Origin: a bacterium
Lineage (GTDB): Bacteria; UBA8248
Direction: 5' to 3'
DNA length: 64,000 nt
NCBI GenBank assembly: GCA_965204535.1
Contig: CBDBEV010000001.1
Span: 384,001-448,000, forward strand
Under the pieces are notes generated by a model, which worked only from the letters and a program-made list of their open reading frames with translations, searched no databases and was not told the origin of the DNA. Below are positions 9,118 to 18,285 of this stretch, one piece after another. Every line of letters starts with the position of its first letter. Position 1 is the first letter of the stretch. The position numbers and the translations under genes were made by a program.

Positions 9118-9325
9118 GGAGTTGTAGAAAAAGCCCTCCCGCATTGGCCGGGTTCAAACACTCGTTCCTCACTTGCTTTTAACGCCGGTATGACGGCAAC
9201 ACAGCAGCGAACGCTGTAGGGACAGGTCGCGACCTGTCCCTACATTCCTGTTCATCGACCGAGCAAAGGCATCGTCATTCCGGCGGTGGTTAATACCGAG
9301 CGACGAGAGGTTTTTCAACAACCCC
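9118..9325. mobile_element. Non-autonomous element with GGGTTGTTGAAAAA-type TIRs and nested repeats
   Basis: TIRs GGAGTTGTAGAAAAA (9118-9132)/TTTTTCAACAACCCC (9311-9325), 13/15 match. The same TIR occurs at 54315 and 54677. Confidence 0.65.
9215..9244. repeat. Perfect 30-bp GTAG-REP-type palindrome
   Basis: TGTAGGGACAGGTCG|CGACCTGTCCCTACA is its own reverse complement. Confidence 0.9.
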
Positions 9326-9345
9326 GCGTCCAGCCCCGGCAACAG

Positions 9346-9380
9346 AAAACCCCCGGGAGCTTCCGCCCCCGGGGGGTGTT
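9346..9380 (-). terminator. Intrinsic terminator of binding protein copy 1
   Basis: CCCCCGGG/CCCGGGGG stem with a T-run on the minus strand. Confidence 0.7.
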
Positions 9381-9401
9381 CTTTACGTCTTGTCCGTGCG
9401 C

Positions 9402-10391
9402 CTAGTTGAAGCCGATGTCCTTCGCGGCCCTGCGGAGGATGGAGTCATCCAGGTGCGGACTCTTGGTGAAGTCGGGGTGGCTCTTGATCCAGCCGAGCTG
9501 TATCTGTTTGTCACCCATGTCGTTCAGGTATTTTTTCACCTCGTCGCTCAGGAAAACCTCCGTCTTGAGCTTTTTAACGACCTTGAGCGTGGTGCTCACC
9601 TTGGCCTTGTCGCCGACTTCCTGAAGCGCCTTGGTGTATACCTTGGCGTAGGTTTCGGGGTCATTCTTGAGCAACTGGTGCGCCTTCAGCCAGCCCCGGA
9701 AGTACTTGTAGTAGAGTTCGGGGTGCTTTTTGATGGTAATGGGATTGCCCACATGCATCATTCTCGTGTTGTCGTATTTGCACAGATCCTCGAGATAGCG
9801 AATCAGGCCCTGCTCGCGGGCGATTTCACCCTGCGGTTCGCCGACCATGGCCGCCTTGGCGGCGCCGGACACCAGCGCGGCGATGCGCTCTGTGGTGCGA
9901 ACGCTCAGAAGCGGGAAGTCCGAGCGTTTCAGGCCATGCGCGGGAACGACGTAGAACTGGAACGCGAAGTCCGTGCTCGTGCCCTTCTTGTTGGCGAACA
10001 CCGAACCCTTGAGGTCTTTCAGGCTCTTGGCCTTCGAGTTCTTAGGCACGATAATGGCGACCATGCCGCAGATGTTCGCCGTCACGCCGATGGCCGTTAT
10101 TTTCGCCCCCTTGGAAATCGCCGTCGTAAAGGGCGAGAAGCCCGTGGTGCCGGTATCCAGGTTATTCTGGATGATGGCGTTGCGCATCAGTTTGCCCTGC
10201 TTGAAGTGGCCCATCGTGTACTTCAAGCCCTCTTTCTTCCAGTAACCCATGCGGTGGGAGATGACCTCGAAAGACCCCATCAGGGCCCGGTGCGCGCCGA
10301 TGCGCAGCGTCGCCGACTCGGCGGGCGCGACCACCACGAACGTCCCTGCTACAAACGCGGCGGCCAGTGCGAAACCAACAAGTCTTTTCAT
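9402..10391 (-). CDS. ABC substrate-binding protein (NMT1/TauA/SsuA-like), paralog 1
   Basis: Signal peptide ending AES-A; KSLKDLKG..ANKKGTS and AALxSG..AA..GEP motifs; AAGGAGG RBS. Confidence 0.9.
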   Translation of the reverse strand: MKRLVGFALAAAFVAGTFVVVAPAESATLRIGAHRALMGSFEVISHRMGYWKKEGLKYTMGHFKQGKLMRNAIIQNNLDTGTTGFSPFTTAISKGAKITAIGVTANICGMVAIIVPKNSKAKSLKDLKGSVFANKKGTSTDFAFQFYVVPAHGLKRSDFPLLSVRTTERIAALVSGAAKAAMVGEPQGEIAREQGLIRYLEDLCKYDNTRMMHVGNPITIKKHPELYYKYFRGWLKAHQLLKNDPETYAKVYTKALQEVGDKAKVSTTLKVVKKLKTEVFLSDEVKKYLNDMGDKQIQLGWIKSHPDFTKSPHLDDSILRRAAKDIGFN

Positions 10392-10610
10392 GCCTGTTCC
10401 TCCTTCGAGTGAATGAAGACTTCCATGGATAGTCTAAAGTATTACACCAAAACACAAGTTCGCGGCGCAGAAATATACCCGACGCCGGAAACCCATTCGC
10501 CAGTGGTACGATGCCCTCCTCTCAGAATGAGAAAAGAGAGATTCCGCTCCAAACAAGCTCTTTCATCATGTCAATATGGACTTACTATACATCATAAGGA
10601 GAGATTTCAC

Positions 10611-10646
10611 AAAAAACCCCCGGGAGTTTCAGTTCCCGGGGGTTTT
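10611..10646 (-). terminator. Intrinsic terminator of binding protein copy 2
   Basis: AAAACCCCCGGGA/TCCCGGGGGTTTT stem with T6 on the minus strand. Confidence 0.8.
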
Positions 10647-10669
10647 CGTCTTGCTTCTTGCGTGGTCGT

Positions 10670-11659
10670 CTAGTTGAAACCGATGTCCTTCGCGGCCTTG
10701 CGGAGGATGGAGTCATCTATGAACGGACTCTTGGTGAAGTCGGGGCGGCTCTTGATCCAGCCGAGCTTGATCTGCTTGTCGCCCATGTCGTTCAGGTAGT
10801 TCTTCACCCGATCGGTGATGAAAACCTCGGTCTTGAGCTTTTTGATGGCTTTCAGCGTGATGCTCACCTTCGCCTTGTCGCCCACCTCGTTCAAGGCCTT
10901 GGTGTAGACCGTAGCGTACTTTTTGACGTCGTTCTTCAGCAACTGATGCGCCTTCAGCCATCCCCGGAAATACTTGTAGATGAGATCGGGGTGTTTTTTG
11001 ATGGTCTGCGGGTTGCCCACGTGCATCATGCTCGTGTTGTCGTACTTGCAGAGATTCTCGAGATAGCGGATGTAGCCGGCCTCACGGGCGATTTCACCCT
11101 GCGGTTCGCCGACCATGGCTGCCTTGGCGGCGCCGGAGAGAAGTGCTGCGATGCGCTCGGTGGCGCGAACGCTCAGAAGCGGGAAATCCGAACTTTTCAG
11201 GCCATATGCGGGAACGACGTAGGACTGAAAAGCGAAGTCCGTGCTCGTGCCCTTCTTGTTGGCGAACACCGAGCCTTTGAGATCTTTCAGACTCTTCGCC
11301 TTCGATTTCGCGGGCACGATGATGTTGATGGCGGCGCAAATGTTCGCTGTAACGCCGATGGCCGTTACCTTGGCGCCTTTGGCGATCGCCGTGGTGAAGG
11401 GCGAGAAGCCCGTGGTGCCGGTGTCCAGGTTATTCTGGATGATAGCGTTGCGCATCAGTTTGCCCTGCTTGAAGTGACCTACCTTGTACTTCAGTCCTTC
11501 TTTCTTCCAGTAGTCCATCCGGTCGGCGATGATCTCGAAAGAACCCCACATGGAGCGGTGCGCGCCGATTCGCAGCGTCGCCGACTCGGCCGGTGCGACC
11601 ACCACGAACGTACCCGCTGCGAACGCGGCGGCCAGTGCGAAACCAACAAACCTTTTCAT
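10670..11659 (-). CDS. ABC substrate-binding protein (NMT1/TauA/SsuA-like), paralog 2
   Basis: Same length (329 aa) as 9402-10391, with about 48 substitutions by hand count. Confidence 0.9.
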   Translation of the reverse strand: MKRFVGFALAAAFAAGTFVVVAPAESATLRIGAHRSMWGSFEIIADRMDYWKKEGLKYKVGHFKQGKLMRNAIIQNNLDTGTTGFSPFTTAIAKGAKVTAIGVTANICAAINIIVPAKSKAKSLKDLKGSVFANKKGTSTDFAFQSYVVPAYGLKSSDFPLLSVRATERIAALLSGAAKAAMVGEPQGEIAREAGYIRYLENLCKYDNTSMMHVGNPQTIKKHPDLIYKYFRGWLKAHQLLKNDVKKYATVYTKALNEVGDKAKVSITLKAIKKLKTEVFITDRVKNYLNDMGDKQIKLGWIKSRPDFTKSPFIDDSILRKAAKDIGFN

Positions 11660-11939
11660 ACCGTTTCTCCTTGAAATGGATGAAGACTTCCTTGAGACGG
11701 CTCAAGGAATCATGAAGAGACGCAGAGTCTTCCGGCGTCGACATACCACCAGCGCCAGTCAAACCATGCGCCCATAGATCGGTAAAGATTCGCTTGCGAT
11801 GTAGGAAAGCGAAATTCCGTATATAAAATCAAAAATAAATTCAATATGCTTGGGAATTACTTTACAACATAAGCCCGCCGAAAACTATCGTCCGTCAAGT
11901 ACGAATCGAGCAGTAAAGCTTCGGGTAGGACGGCGAAAA

Positions 11940-12017
11940 TGGCGGGGCTGACGGGACTCGAACCCGCGATCTCTGGCTTGACAGGCCAGCGCGATAACCA
12001 AACTTCGCTACAGCCCC
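11940..12017 (-). tRNA. tRNA-Asp (GTC)
   Basis: Reverse complement GGGGCTGTAGCGAAG...CTGGC-CTGTCAA-GCCAG...GGGTTCGAGTCCC..CAGCCCC-G-CCA. Confidence 0.97.
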
Positions 12018-12055
12018 CATGAAAAAACTCTTCAAAACCGCCCGAAGAATTCCGG

Positions 12056-12085
12056 TTTATAGCCCGCTCTCGGGATGGAAGTCAA
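12056..12085 (-). promoter_or_regulatory. Putative sigma70 promoter of tRNA-Asp
   Basis: TTGACT-18 nt-TATAAA on the minus strand. Confidence 0.5.
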
Positions 12086-12146
12086 CACGATATGGCTACG
12101 CTGCGCTTCTGTACGAACACGGTCGCTCCGTATGACGAGCCTCCGC

Positions 12147-13220
12147 TCAACCCAATACCGAGCCGAGAGATTCTCCCTCTGCGAGCCGCACCACTCCACT
12201 CTCTGTTACCAGGGCGTCCACGAAGCGCGCGGGCGTCACGTCGAACGCGGGGTTGTATACGCGCACGCCCTCCGGTGCGACGGGTACGCCGCCGAATGAG
12301 CGGACCTCCTCTTTGGGTCGTTCTTCGATGGGGATGTCAGCACCCCCCTTCGACTCGGTGTCGATGGTGCTCGTCGGCGCCGCCACGTAAAAGGGCACGC
12401 CGTGTTCTCTTGCGAGTACCGCGAGGCCGTACGTGCCGATTTTGTTGGCGACGTCCCCGTTTGCGGCCACGCGGTCAGCGCCCACGACAATCGCGTCGAT
12501 TTTTCCCAGGCGCATGCAGTGCGCGGCCATGCTGTCGGTGATGAGCACGACGGGAATGCCATCGCGGTTCAACTCCCACGCGGTGAGACGAGAACCCTGC
12601 AGAAAAGGCCTAGTCTCATCCACGTAGACCTCCCGCACCCGGCCGTCCCGGAAGCCGCTGCGAATCACGCCGCCCGCCGTGCCATAGCCTGCGGTCGCCA
12701 GCGCGCCCGCGTTGCAGTGCGTGAGAACGCTGCTCCCCTCGGGCAGCAGACCTGCGCCCAGGTCGCCTATCCGGCGGCAGACCGCGGCGTCTTCCTCGTG
12801 CATCTCACACGCCAGACGGAGGAGCTCATCGGCCAGCGCTTCGGGCGCGGAGTCGCTTTTGTCGACGTGCGCCATCATTTTTTCAATCGCCCAGAAGAGG
12901 TTCACCGCCGTGGGGCGCGTGGCGGCCAGCATCCGGGCCGCCCCCTCGAGCGCCTCGCGCTGCGCAACCGGGCCTGAATCCGCATGACGGATGGCGGCCA
13001 GGGCGATGCCGTAGCCCGCCGCTATCCCGATGGCGGGGGCGCCGCGCACCACCATGGTCTTGACGGCCTCGGCCACTTCGCCTTCGGTGCGGCATTCGAG
13101 GTACACCTCTTCGCGGGGGAGCTTCCGTTGATCGAGCAATACGAGGGCGCCGCCTCGAAACGCGATATGGTGAAAATTTCCCTCACTCTCTTTTTTTCCG
13201 CCCATCCAGCCCTCTCTCAT
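12147..13220 (-). CDS. mtnA: S-methyl-5-thioribose-1-phosphate isomerase
   Basis: LDQRKLP, VRGAPAIG, RPTAVNL, LTHCNAGALAT, ETRP, GADR, NKIGT, NPAFDVTP. Confidence 0.95.
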   Translation of the reverse strand: MREGWMGGKKESEGNFHHIAFRGGALVLLDQRKLPREEVYLECRTEGEVAEAVKTMVVRGAPAIGIAAGYGIALAAIRHADSGPVAQREALEGAARMLAATRPTAVNLFWAIEKMMAHVDKSDSAPEALADELLRLACEMHEEDAAVCRRIGDLGAGLLPEGSSVLTHCNAGALATAGYGTAGGVIRSGFRDGRVREVYVDETRPFLQGSRLTAWELNRDGIPVVLITDSMAAHCMRLGKIDAIVVGADRVAANGDVANKIGTYGLAVLAREHGVPFYVAAPTSTIDTESKGGADIPIEERPKEEVRSFGGVPVAPEGVRVYNPAFDVTPARFVDALVTESGVVRLAEGESLGSVLG

Positions 13221-13248
13221 TCATGGCTTCGCACGAGTACACGGCATC

Positions 13249-13542
13249 CTACGCCATGCCCCTCAGGATATTCTTCACCTCTTTCATACTCATCCCCAGG
13301 ACTTTCAGGCGCTTCCTGCGCGCGCCCGCGCCCGAGGCGATTCGTATGGCGCGCTTTGGAATCTTCATCTTTCGGGAGAGCAACTCGACGCACTGCCTGT
13401 TGGCGGCCCCGTCGACGGGCGGCGCCGTCAGCCGCACGCGCAGGGCACCGTCTTGAACACCACTGATTTCCGCTCTGGATGAGCGCGGTTGGACCCGAAC
13501 CTCGAAGCTAACGCCGTCCGCCTCCTCGCGGAGGCCGATCAC
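13249..13542 (-). CDS. DUF167 (YggU) family protein
   Basis: VRVQPRSSR...APPVDGAAN...SGxxARRK. Confidence 0.9.
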   Translation of the reverse strand: MIGLREEADGVSFEVRVQPRSSRAEISGVQDGALRVRLTAPPVDGAANRQCVELLSRKMKIPKRAIRIASGAGARRKRLKVLGMSMKEVKNILRGMA

Positions 13543-14123
13543 GACGCATCGCCCTCCGCTTTTTGGTTCAGCTTGATGACGTTTTCGCTTTCCTCGTCCG
13601 GGGCGTCTTCGCTCGCCTCTTCCATGAGGCGGGCGAGGTCGACCCCCATGCGGACGCCCTCGGTTTCGAGTGTTCGAATCTGGGAGAGAAACGCCTCGTA
13701 CAGATCGGCAAGAATCTTATCCCTCTGCGCCGTTAATTGCTCTATCTCCTCGCGCAGCTTTTCGATATCCTTTTCGGCTTTCGCGCGAATCCCCGCCGCC
13801 TCGGCGTTCGCTTCTTTGATGAGCGTTTCGGCGTCGGTTTCGGCCTTTTCCACCAATTCGTCGGACTTGGCCGCTACCTGATCCCGGAGTTCGTTCACGG
13901 AGATGAGAATTTTCTGCAGGTTGGCGTGTTCTTCTCTCAATCCGTTGTATTGCTCGAACAGGTCCTTGCATTGCAGGCTGAGTTGTTCGTTCTTCCGCAC
14001 CGACTGATCCAGCCAGTCGGCCACCTTGAACAAGAACGCATCGACTTCGAGACGATCGTAGCCCCGCATTTTGCTCGAAAAGCTATGGCTTCGAACGTCG
14101 TTGCCGGTGTAATTCATCTCCAT
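13539..14123 (-). CDS. divIVA: DivIVA domain protein
   Basis: F-x3-MRGYD-x-x-EVDAFL N-terminal motif followed by coiled coil. Confidence 0.88.
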   Translation of the reverse strand: MEMNYTGNDVRSHSFSSKMRGYDRLEVDAFLFKVADWLDQSVRKNEQLSLQCKDLFEQYNGLREEHANLQKILISVNELRDQVAAKSDELVEKAETDAETLIKEANAEAAGIRAKAEKDIEKLREEIEQLTAQRDKILADLYEAFLSQIRTLETEGVRMGVDLARLMEEASEDAPDEESENVIKLNQKAEGDAS

Positions 14124-14135
14124 CCCCCGTGAAAA

Positions 14136-14432
14136 TCAGCGCAGCATGCTTGCCAGGTCAAAGATACTTTGAACCAGGAAAGTTTGCAAAAAGAATATGA
14201 TCAACAAAACCACGATCGGGCTCGCATCGATTCCCCCGATGTCCGGCATCCGGTAGCGCACGGGAGCCAGCACCGGCTCCGTCAGACGATACAATATCTG
14301 GACTATGGGGTTGTAGGGGTCGGGATTCACCCACGACAACAATGCGCGAATGATGATGATCCAGATGTAGATGGTGAGCACGTAGCTGAGAATGACGCCG
14401 ATTCCGTGCATGAAATTCGATATCAAGAACAC
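14136..14432 (-). CDS. yggT: YggT family membrane protein
   Basis: LLSWVNPDPYNP...TEPVLAPVR...IDASP. Confidence 0.93.
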   Translation of the reverse strand: MFLISNFMHGIGVILSYVLTIYIWIIIIRALLSWVNPDPYNPIVQILYRLTEPVLAPVRYRMPDIGGIDASPIVVLLIIFFLQTFLVQSIFDLASMLR

Positions 14433-14459
14433 GATTGAACCCCCGATTGAAAAAACGGG

Positions 14460-15266
14460 CTAGCCACGGCCCAACTCCTCGCTCCTGCGCGCGGCGGCGT
14501 TCACGGCGTCCATGACGGCGGAGCGAAGCCCTCCGTTTTCGAGCGCATGCAAGCCGGCGATGGTCGTTCCCCCGGGCGAGGCCACCATGTCCTTCAGGCG
14601 GCCCGGGTGCTCCCCCGTCTCAATAAGCATCCTCGCGGAGCCCAAAACGGTTTGGGCCGCCAGCAGCATCGCCTCCTCGCGCGGCAGACCTGCCCTCACA
14701 CCACCGTCCGCCAGCGCCTCGATGAACTGAAAGACATAGGCGGGACCGCTGCCCGACAATCCCGTCACGGCGTCCATCAACGATTCGGGCAGAACCACCG
14801 CCTTGCCCACGGACTCCAGAAGCTGCTTCGCTTGCGACAGATCCGCCTCCGACGCCCCGCCGCCCGCGCACAGCCCCGCGGCGCCTTCTCCCACGAGGGC
14901 GGGCGTGTTCGGCATGACGCGGACGATGCGCGCCTCATCGCCCAAAATTCCCGTAAACCGGCTCGTGGGCGCGCCCGCGACGACGGAAATCAGGAGCGGG
15001 CGGTGCGCGAGAGCGTCCTTCAGCCCATCCAGAACGACGTCCAGCACCTGCGGTTTCACGGCGATTACGACTTTTTGCGCCTCGGGAGCCGCCTCCGCCC
15101 CGTCGGGCACGACCCGAAAACCCGACGTTTTTCCGAGATACGCGGCGCGCTCCGCCAAGGGTTCCGCGATGACGACCTCATCGACTTTCGCATAGGCGGA
15201 ATTCACCATTCCCATGGCGAGCGCTTCGCCCATGTTGCCGCCACCGACTACAAGGATTTCCGCCAT
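14460..15266 (-). CDS. proC: Pyrroline-5-carboxylate reductase
   Basis: GGGNMG, AVKPQ, RVMPNTP, TGLSGSGPAY, SPGGTT. Confidence 0.97.
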   Translation of the reverse strand: MAEILVVGGGNMGEALAMGMVNSAYAKVDEVVIAEPLAERAAYLGKTSGFRVVPDGAEAAPEAQKVVIAVKPQVLDVVLDGLKDALAHRPLLISVVAGAPTSRFTGILGDEARIVRVMPNTPALVGEGAAGLCAGGGASEADLSQAKQLLESVGKAVVLPESLMDAVTGLSGSGPAYVFQFIEALADGGVRAGLPREEAMLLAAQTVLGSARMLIETGEHPGRLKDMVASPGGTTIAGLHALENGGLRSAVMDAVNAAARRSEELGRG

Positions 15267-15359
15267 AATCTATATACCTTCCGAAAGTGGGGTCGAAATC
15301 GATACGAACGCCGAAACCAACCCATCCTACTGAAATGATTAGCCTAATTCAAATTCGCC

Positions 15360-16088
15360 TCAGTTCGTTCCCCTCGGCCCGAAAATCGCCGTGCCGATGC
15401 GGACTAGCGTCGCTCCCTCGGCTACCGCGACTTCGAAGTCGTTCGACATGCCCATCGACAACTCCCGGACGCCGGAGAACCCGGCGTCTTGGGCATCGTC
15501 TCTCAATTTCCTCAACAACTCGAAATGGGGACGGCTCTCCTCCGCCTTCCGTCCCAGGGGAGGAATGCACATCAAGCCCACGACTCGCAAGGCTTCCAGA
15601 TCGGAGGCTTCCCGCACGAGCGTCATCGCATCCGCCGGGGAAACCCCTCCCTTCTGGGCTTCCCCCCCGGTATTCACCTGGATGAACACGTCCAAGGGGT
15701 CTTCCCCCGCGCGGGTAACGCGCTTGCTCAACTCGCGCGCCAAGGCGAGAGAATCGACGGATTCCACCACGTCGAACAGTCCGGGCACGGCGCGGGCCTT
15801 GTTCCTTTGCAGGCTGCCGATGAGGTGCCACCTCGCCCTGCCCGCGATTTCAGGGTCTATCTCGCCCCTCTTCCCCTGGGCTTCCTGCACGCGGTTCTCC
15901 CCGATAATATCGACGCCCGCCTCGATGGCCTCGACGATGCGCTCGGGGGGCTGGGTCTTGCTCACGGCCAGAAGACGGATATCGTCCGGGTTGCGGCCGC
16001 AGGCCATACCCGCGTCCGCCACGCGTTCTTTCACCATCTCGTATCGCTGCCCGATATCGCTCACCGCTTGCCTCACGCTCCTATCCAT
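15360..16088 (-). CDS. yggS: PLP homeostasis protein YggS
   Basis: AVSK, GENRVQE, HLIGSLQRNK, GLMCIP, LSMGMSNDF, VRIGTAIFG. Confidence 0.97.
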   Translation of the reverse strand: MDRSVRQAVSDIGQRYEMVKERVADAGMACGRNPDDIRLLAVSKTQPPERIVEAIEAGVDIIGENRVQEAQGKRGEIDPEIAGRARWHLIGSLQRNKARAVPGLFDVVESVDSLALARELSKRVTRAGEDPLDVFIQVNTGGEAQKGGVSPADAMTLVREASDLEALRVVGLMCIPPLGRKAEESRPHFELLRKLRDDAQDAGFSGVRELSMGMSNDFEVAVAEGATLVRIGTAIFGPRGTN

Positions 16089-16876
16089 ATCGCCGAAAGC
16101 AACCTTCCCGTGGGCGGCCCGTCGCGGCGGTAGGAAAAAAACCTCGATGATTCAGAAAACGTGCAAGGCCCCGGCGCGCCGATTCGGCTTTCGGGAATCC
16201 CCGCCGAGGCCAACTGAGACCTCGCCGCCAGGGGGAGGTCCAGCAGCCACTTGCCCCCTCCCAGGGGCGTGGCGAAATCTCCCCAGTTTCGGTGCCGTTC
16301 GCGAAAAGGCGGCAAACACTCCTCGCCCACCTCGTAGCGATTCCCGGAAATGGCGGGGCCGAGGACGGCCCGCATATCCCGGGGATCACAGTCGTATTCC
16401 TCCCGCATCCTTTCGATGGTCGCGGTCAAAACGCCGCCGGCTACCCCCTTGCGCCCCGCGTGAACAGCGGCGACGGCGATTTTCCGGGCGTCTGCGATGA
16501 GCACGGGAATACAATCCGCCGTCTGAACCGCCAGCCCTAAGCCCGTAACGTTCGTGATCAGCGCGTCGCCGCACGCTTTTTCATCCGGGGAGACGCGCTC
16601 AGCCACGAGAACGTCGCACCCGTGAACCTGTTTCGCTTCCACCAGGCGTCCCGCCGGAAAATCGGCGGCTCGAAAAAAACGCCTTCTGTTTTCCGCTACG
16701 TTCTCGGGGGCTTCCCCCCTGGCCCGCCCGAGGTTCAGGGAACGGAAGCGGCCCTTGCTCACCCCACCCCTTCGGGTGCTGAACCCGTGACGCAGGCAAT
16801 CGAGTTCTTCCAGCAAAGGTGAACTGAGAAATTCAACGCCGCCGGATTCGTGGCGCTCCAAAGAATTCATCCGCAA
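16073..16876 (-). CDS. pgeF: Peptidoglycan editing factor PgeF (YfiH)
   Basis: HGFSTRxGG, QVHG, TADC, HAG, FFSYRR. Confidence 0.93.
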   Translation of the reverse strand: MRMNSLERHESGGVEFLSSPLLEELDCLRHGFSTRRGGVSKGRFRSLNLGRARGEAPENVAENRRRFFRAADFPAGRLVEAKQVHGCDVLVAERVSPDEKACGDALITNVTGLGLAVQTADCIPVLIADARKIAVAAVHAGRKGVAGGVLTATIERMREEYDCDPRDMRAVLGPAISGNRYEVGEECLPPFRERHRNWGDFATPLGGGKWLLDLPLAARSQLASAGIPESRIGAPGPCTFSESSRFFSYRRDGPPTGRLLSAIWIGA

Positions 16877-17089
16877 TCCATCCCGGACGACGGGAAATCA
16901 TCGAACATCCTTGAATCAATCTCCTTACTCCGCGCTCATTATAAGGAGAGGCGCGTGACGCCACAAGAAACGGGCCCATGCCACCGAGGAAGGCGGGGCT
17001 GGGGGAGAATGCTCTCCCCCAGTCGCGTCCATGGGGAATGCGTCGTCAGGATCGAGAGAGGCCCCCTCTACCAAACGACGTTGGGGGGA

Positions 17090-18238
17090 TTAGTCAACCT
17101 GCTTGCGCAGGAATGTGGGCACGTCCAGATCGTCATCCTCCAGATTGTCCGGGACGCCGGCGGGCGTCTTGGTGTTTTTCAGGCGGATATACGCGGGCAC
17201 CGATATTTTTCCGCCCTCGGTGCCCGTGGCTTCCGATTCCAGCGGCGGCACTTCGCGAATCGATTCCCGCCCGAAGCCCGTCGCGATGACGGTCACGCGA
17301 ATCTGGTTGTCCAGGTTCGCGTCAATTACCGAACCGAATATGATGTTTGCCTCTTGGTGCGCTTTTTCGTGGACGAGTTTGCAGGCCTCGTTCACTTCGT
17401 AGAGCGAAAGGTCCGCGCCGCCGCTGATGTTGATGAGCACGCCCCGGGAACCCTCGATGGTCCCTTCTTCGAGCAGGGGGCTATTGATGGCGTTTTGCGC
17501 GGCGATGACGGCGCGATTCTCGCCCTGACCCGTACCGCTGCCCATGAGGGCCTTGCCGCCCATGTCGCGCATGATGGTGCGCACGTCGGCGAAATCGAGA
17601 TTGATCAAACCGGGCGTGGTGATAAGGTCGGCGATTCCCTTGCACGCCTGCAGCAAGACGTTGTTCGCCTTCTGGAAAGCCTCCATCATCGGCGTGGAGC
17701 GTTCGACCATGCCCAGGAGACGCTGGTTGGGGATGGTGATGAGCGTGTTCACGGCGTCGCGCAGTTCCTCGATGCCCTCGTCGGCCTGACTCATCCGGCG
17801 AGGACCCTCGAACTCGAACGGCTTGGTGACGACGCCCACCGTCAACACCCCCGCCTCTTTCGCGACGCGCGCGATGACGGGAGCGGCGCCCGTGCCCGTA
17901 CCGCCGCCCATGCCCGCGGTGACGAACACCATCTCGAGGTTGTGCATGAATTCAGAAAGACGCTCGGTGTCCTCCAGAGCGGCTTTCCTGCCGATTTCGG
18001 GGTTCCCGCCGGCCCCCAGCCCGTTCGTCAACTCCTGGCCGAGCTGGATTTTCTCGGACGCGAGAGAACGCTCCAAGACCTGGGAATCCGTGTTCGCGGC
18101 CACGAATTGAACACCCTCCATGCCCGCTGAAATCATGGTGTTGACGGCGTTGCCTCCGCCGCCTCCTACGCCGACGACCGCGATTCTCGCGCTGCACGGC
18201 GCTTCCTGCTCCAATGTGAAAAACGTCGTATCACTCAT
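17090..18238 (-). CDS. ftsZ: Cell division protein FtsZ
   Basis: [23 protein letters not shown]-terminal DVPTFLRK; ATG after GGGGGAG. Confidence 0.98.
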   Translation of the reverse strand: MSDTTFFTLEQEAPCSARIAVVGVGGGGGNAVNTMISAGMEGVQFVAANTDSQVLERSLASEKIQLGQELTNGLGAGGNPEIGRKAALEDTERLSEFMHNLEMVFVTAGMGGGTGTGAAPVIARVAKEAGVLTVGVVTKPFEFEGPRRMSQADEGIEELRDAVNTLITIPNQRLLGMVERSTPMMEAFQKANNVLLQACKGIADLITTPGLINLDFADVRTIMRDMGGKALMGSGTGQGENRAVIAAQNAINSPLLEEGTIEGSRGVLINISGGADLSLYEVNEACKLVHEKAHQEANIIFGSVIDANLDNQIRVTVIATGFGRESIREVPPLESEATGTEGGKISVPAYIRLKNTKTPAGVPDNLEDDDLDVPTFLRKQVD

Positions 18239-18285
18239 TCTCCCCCCCTTCGATCCCGGGAAGCGCTCCCCGCTCCCCCTTGCGA

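Noticed and set aside
8939-9325. Possible CRISPR array
   Set aside because: The repeats are inverted and palindromic, not direct repeats with regular spacers; no cas genes.
9390-11674. Full-length antisense ORFs over both binding-protein genes, and similar long shadow ORFs over ftsA, murC, dnaG, rho, purH/ilvA and the propeller
   Set aside because: Expected from high-GC codon bias on the opposite strand of real genes; no recognisable motifs.
11940-12017. tRNA-Asp as an integration site for the accessory genes downstream of its 3' end
   Set aside because: No integrase and no duplicated tRNA 3' end seen in the window; cannot be excluded beyond the window edge.
16997-17024. Hairpin downstream of ftsZ as an intrinsic terminator
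   Set aside because: The stem is good but there is no U-tract on the minus strand, so it was not called.
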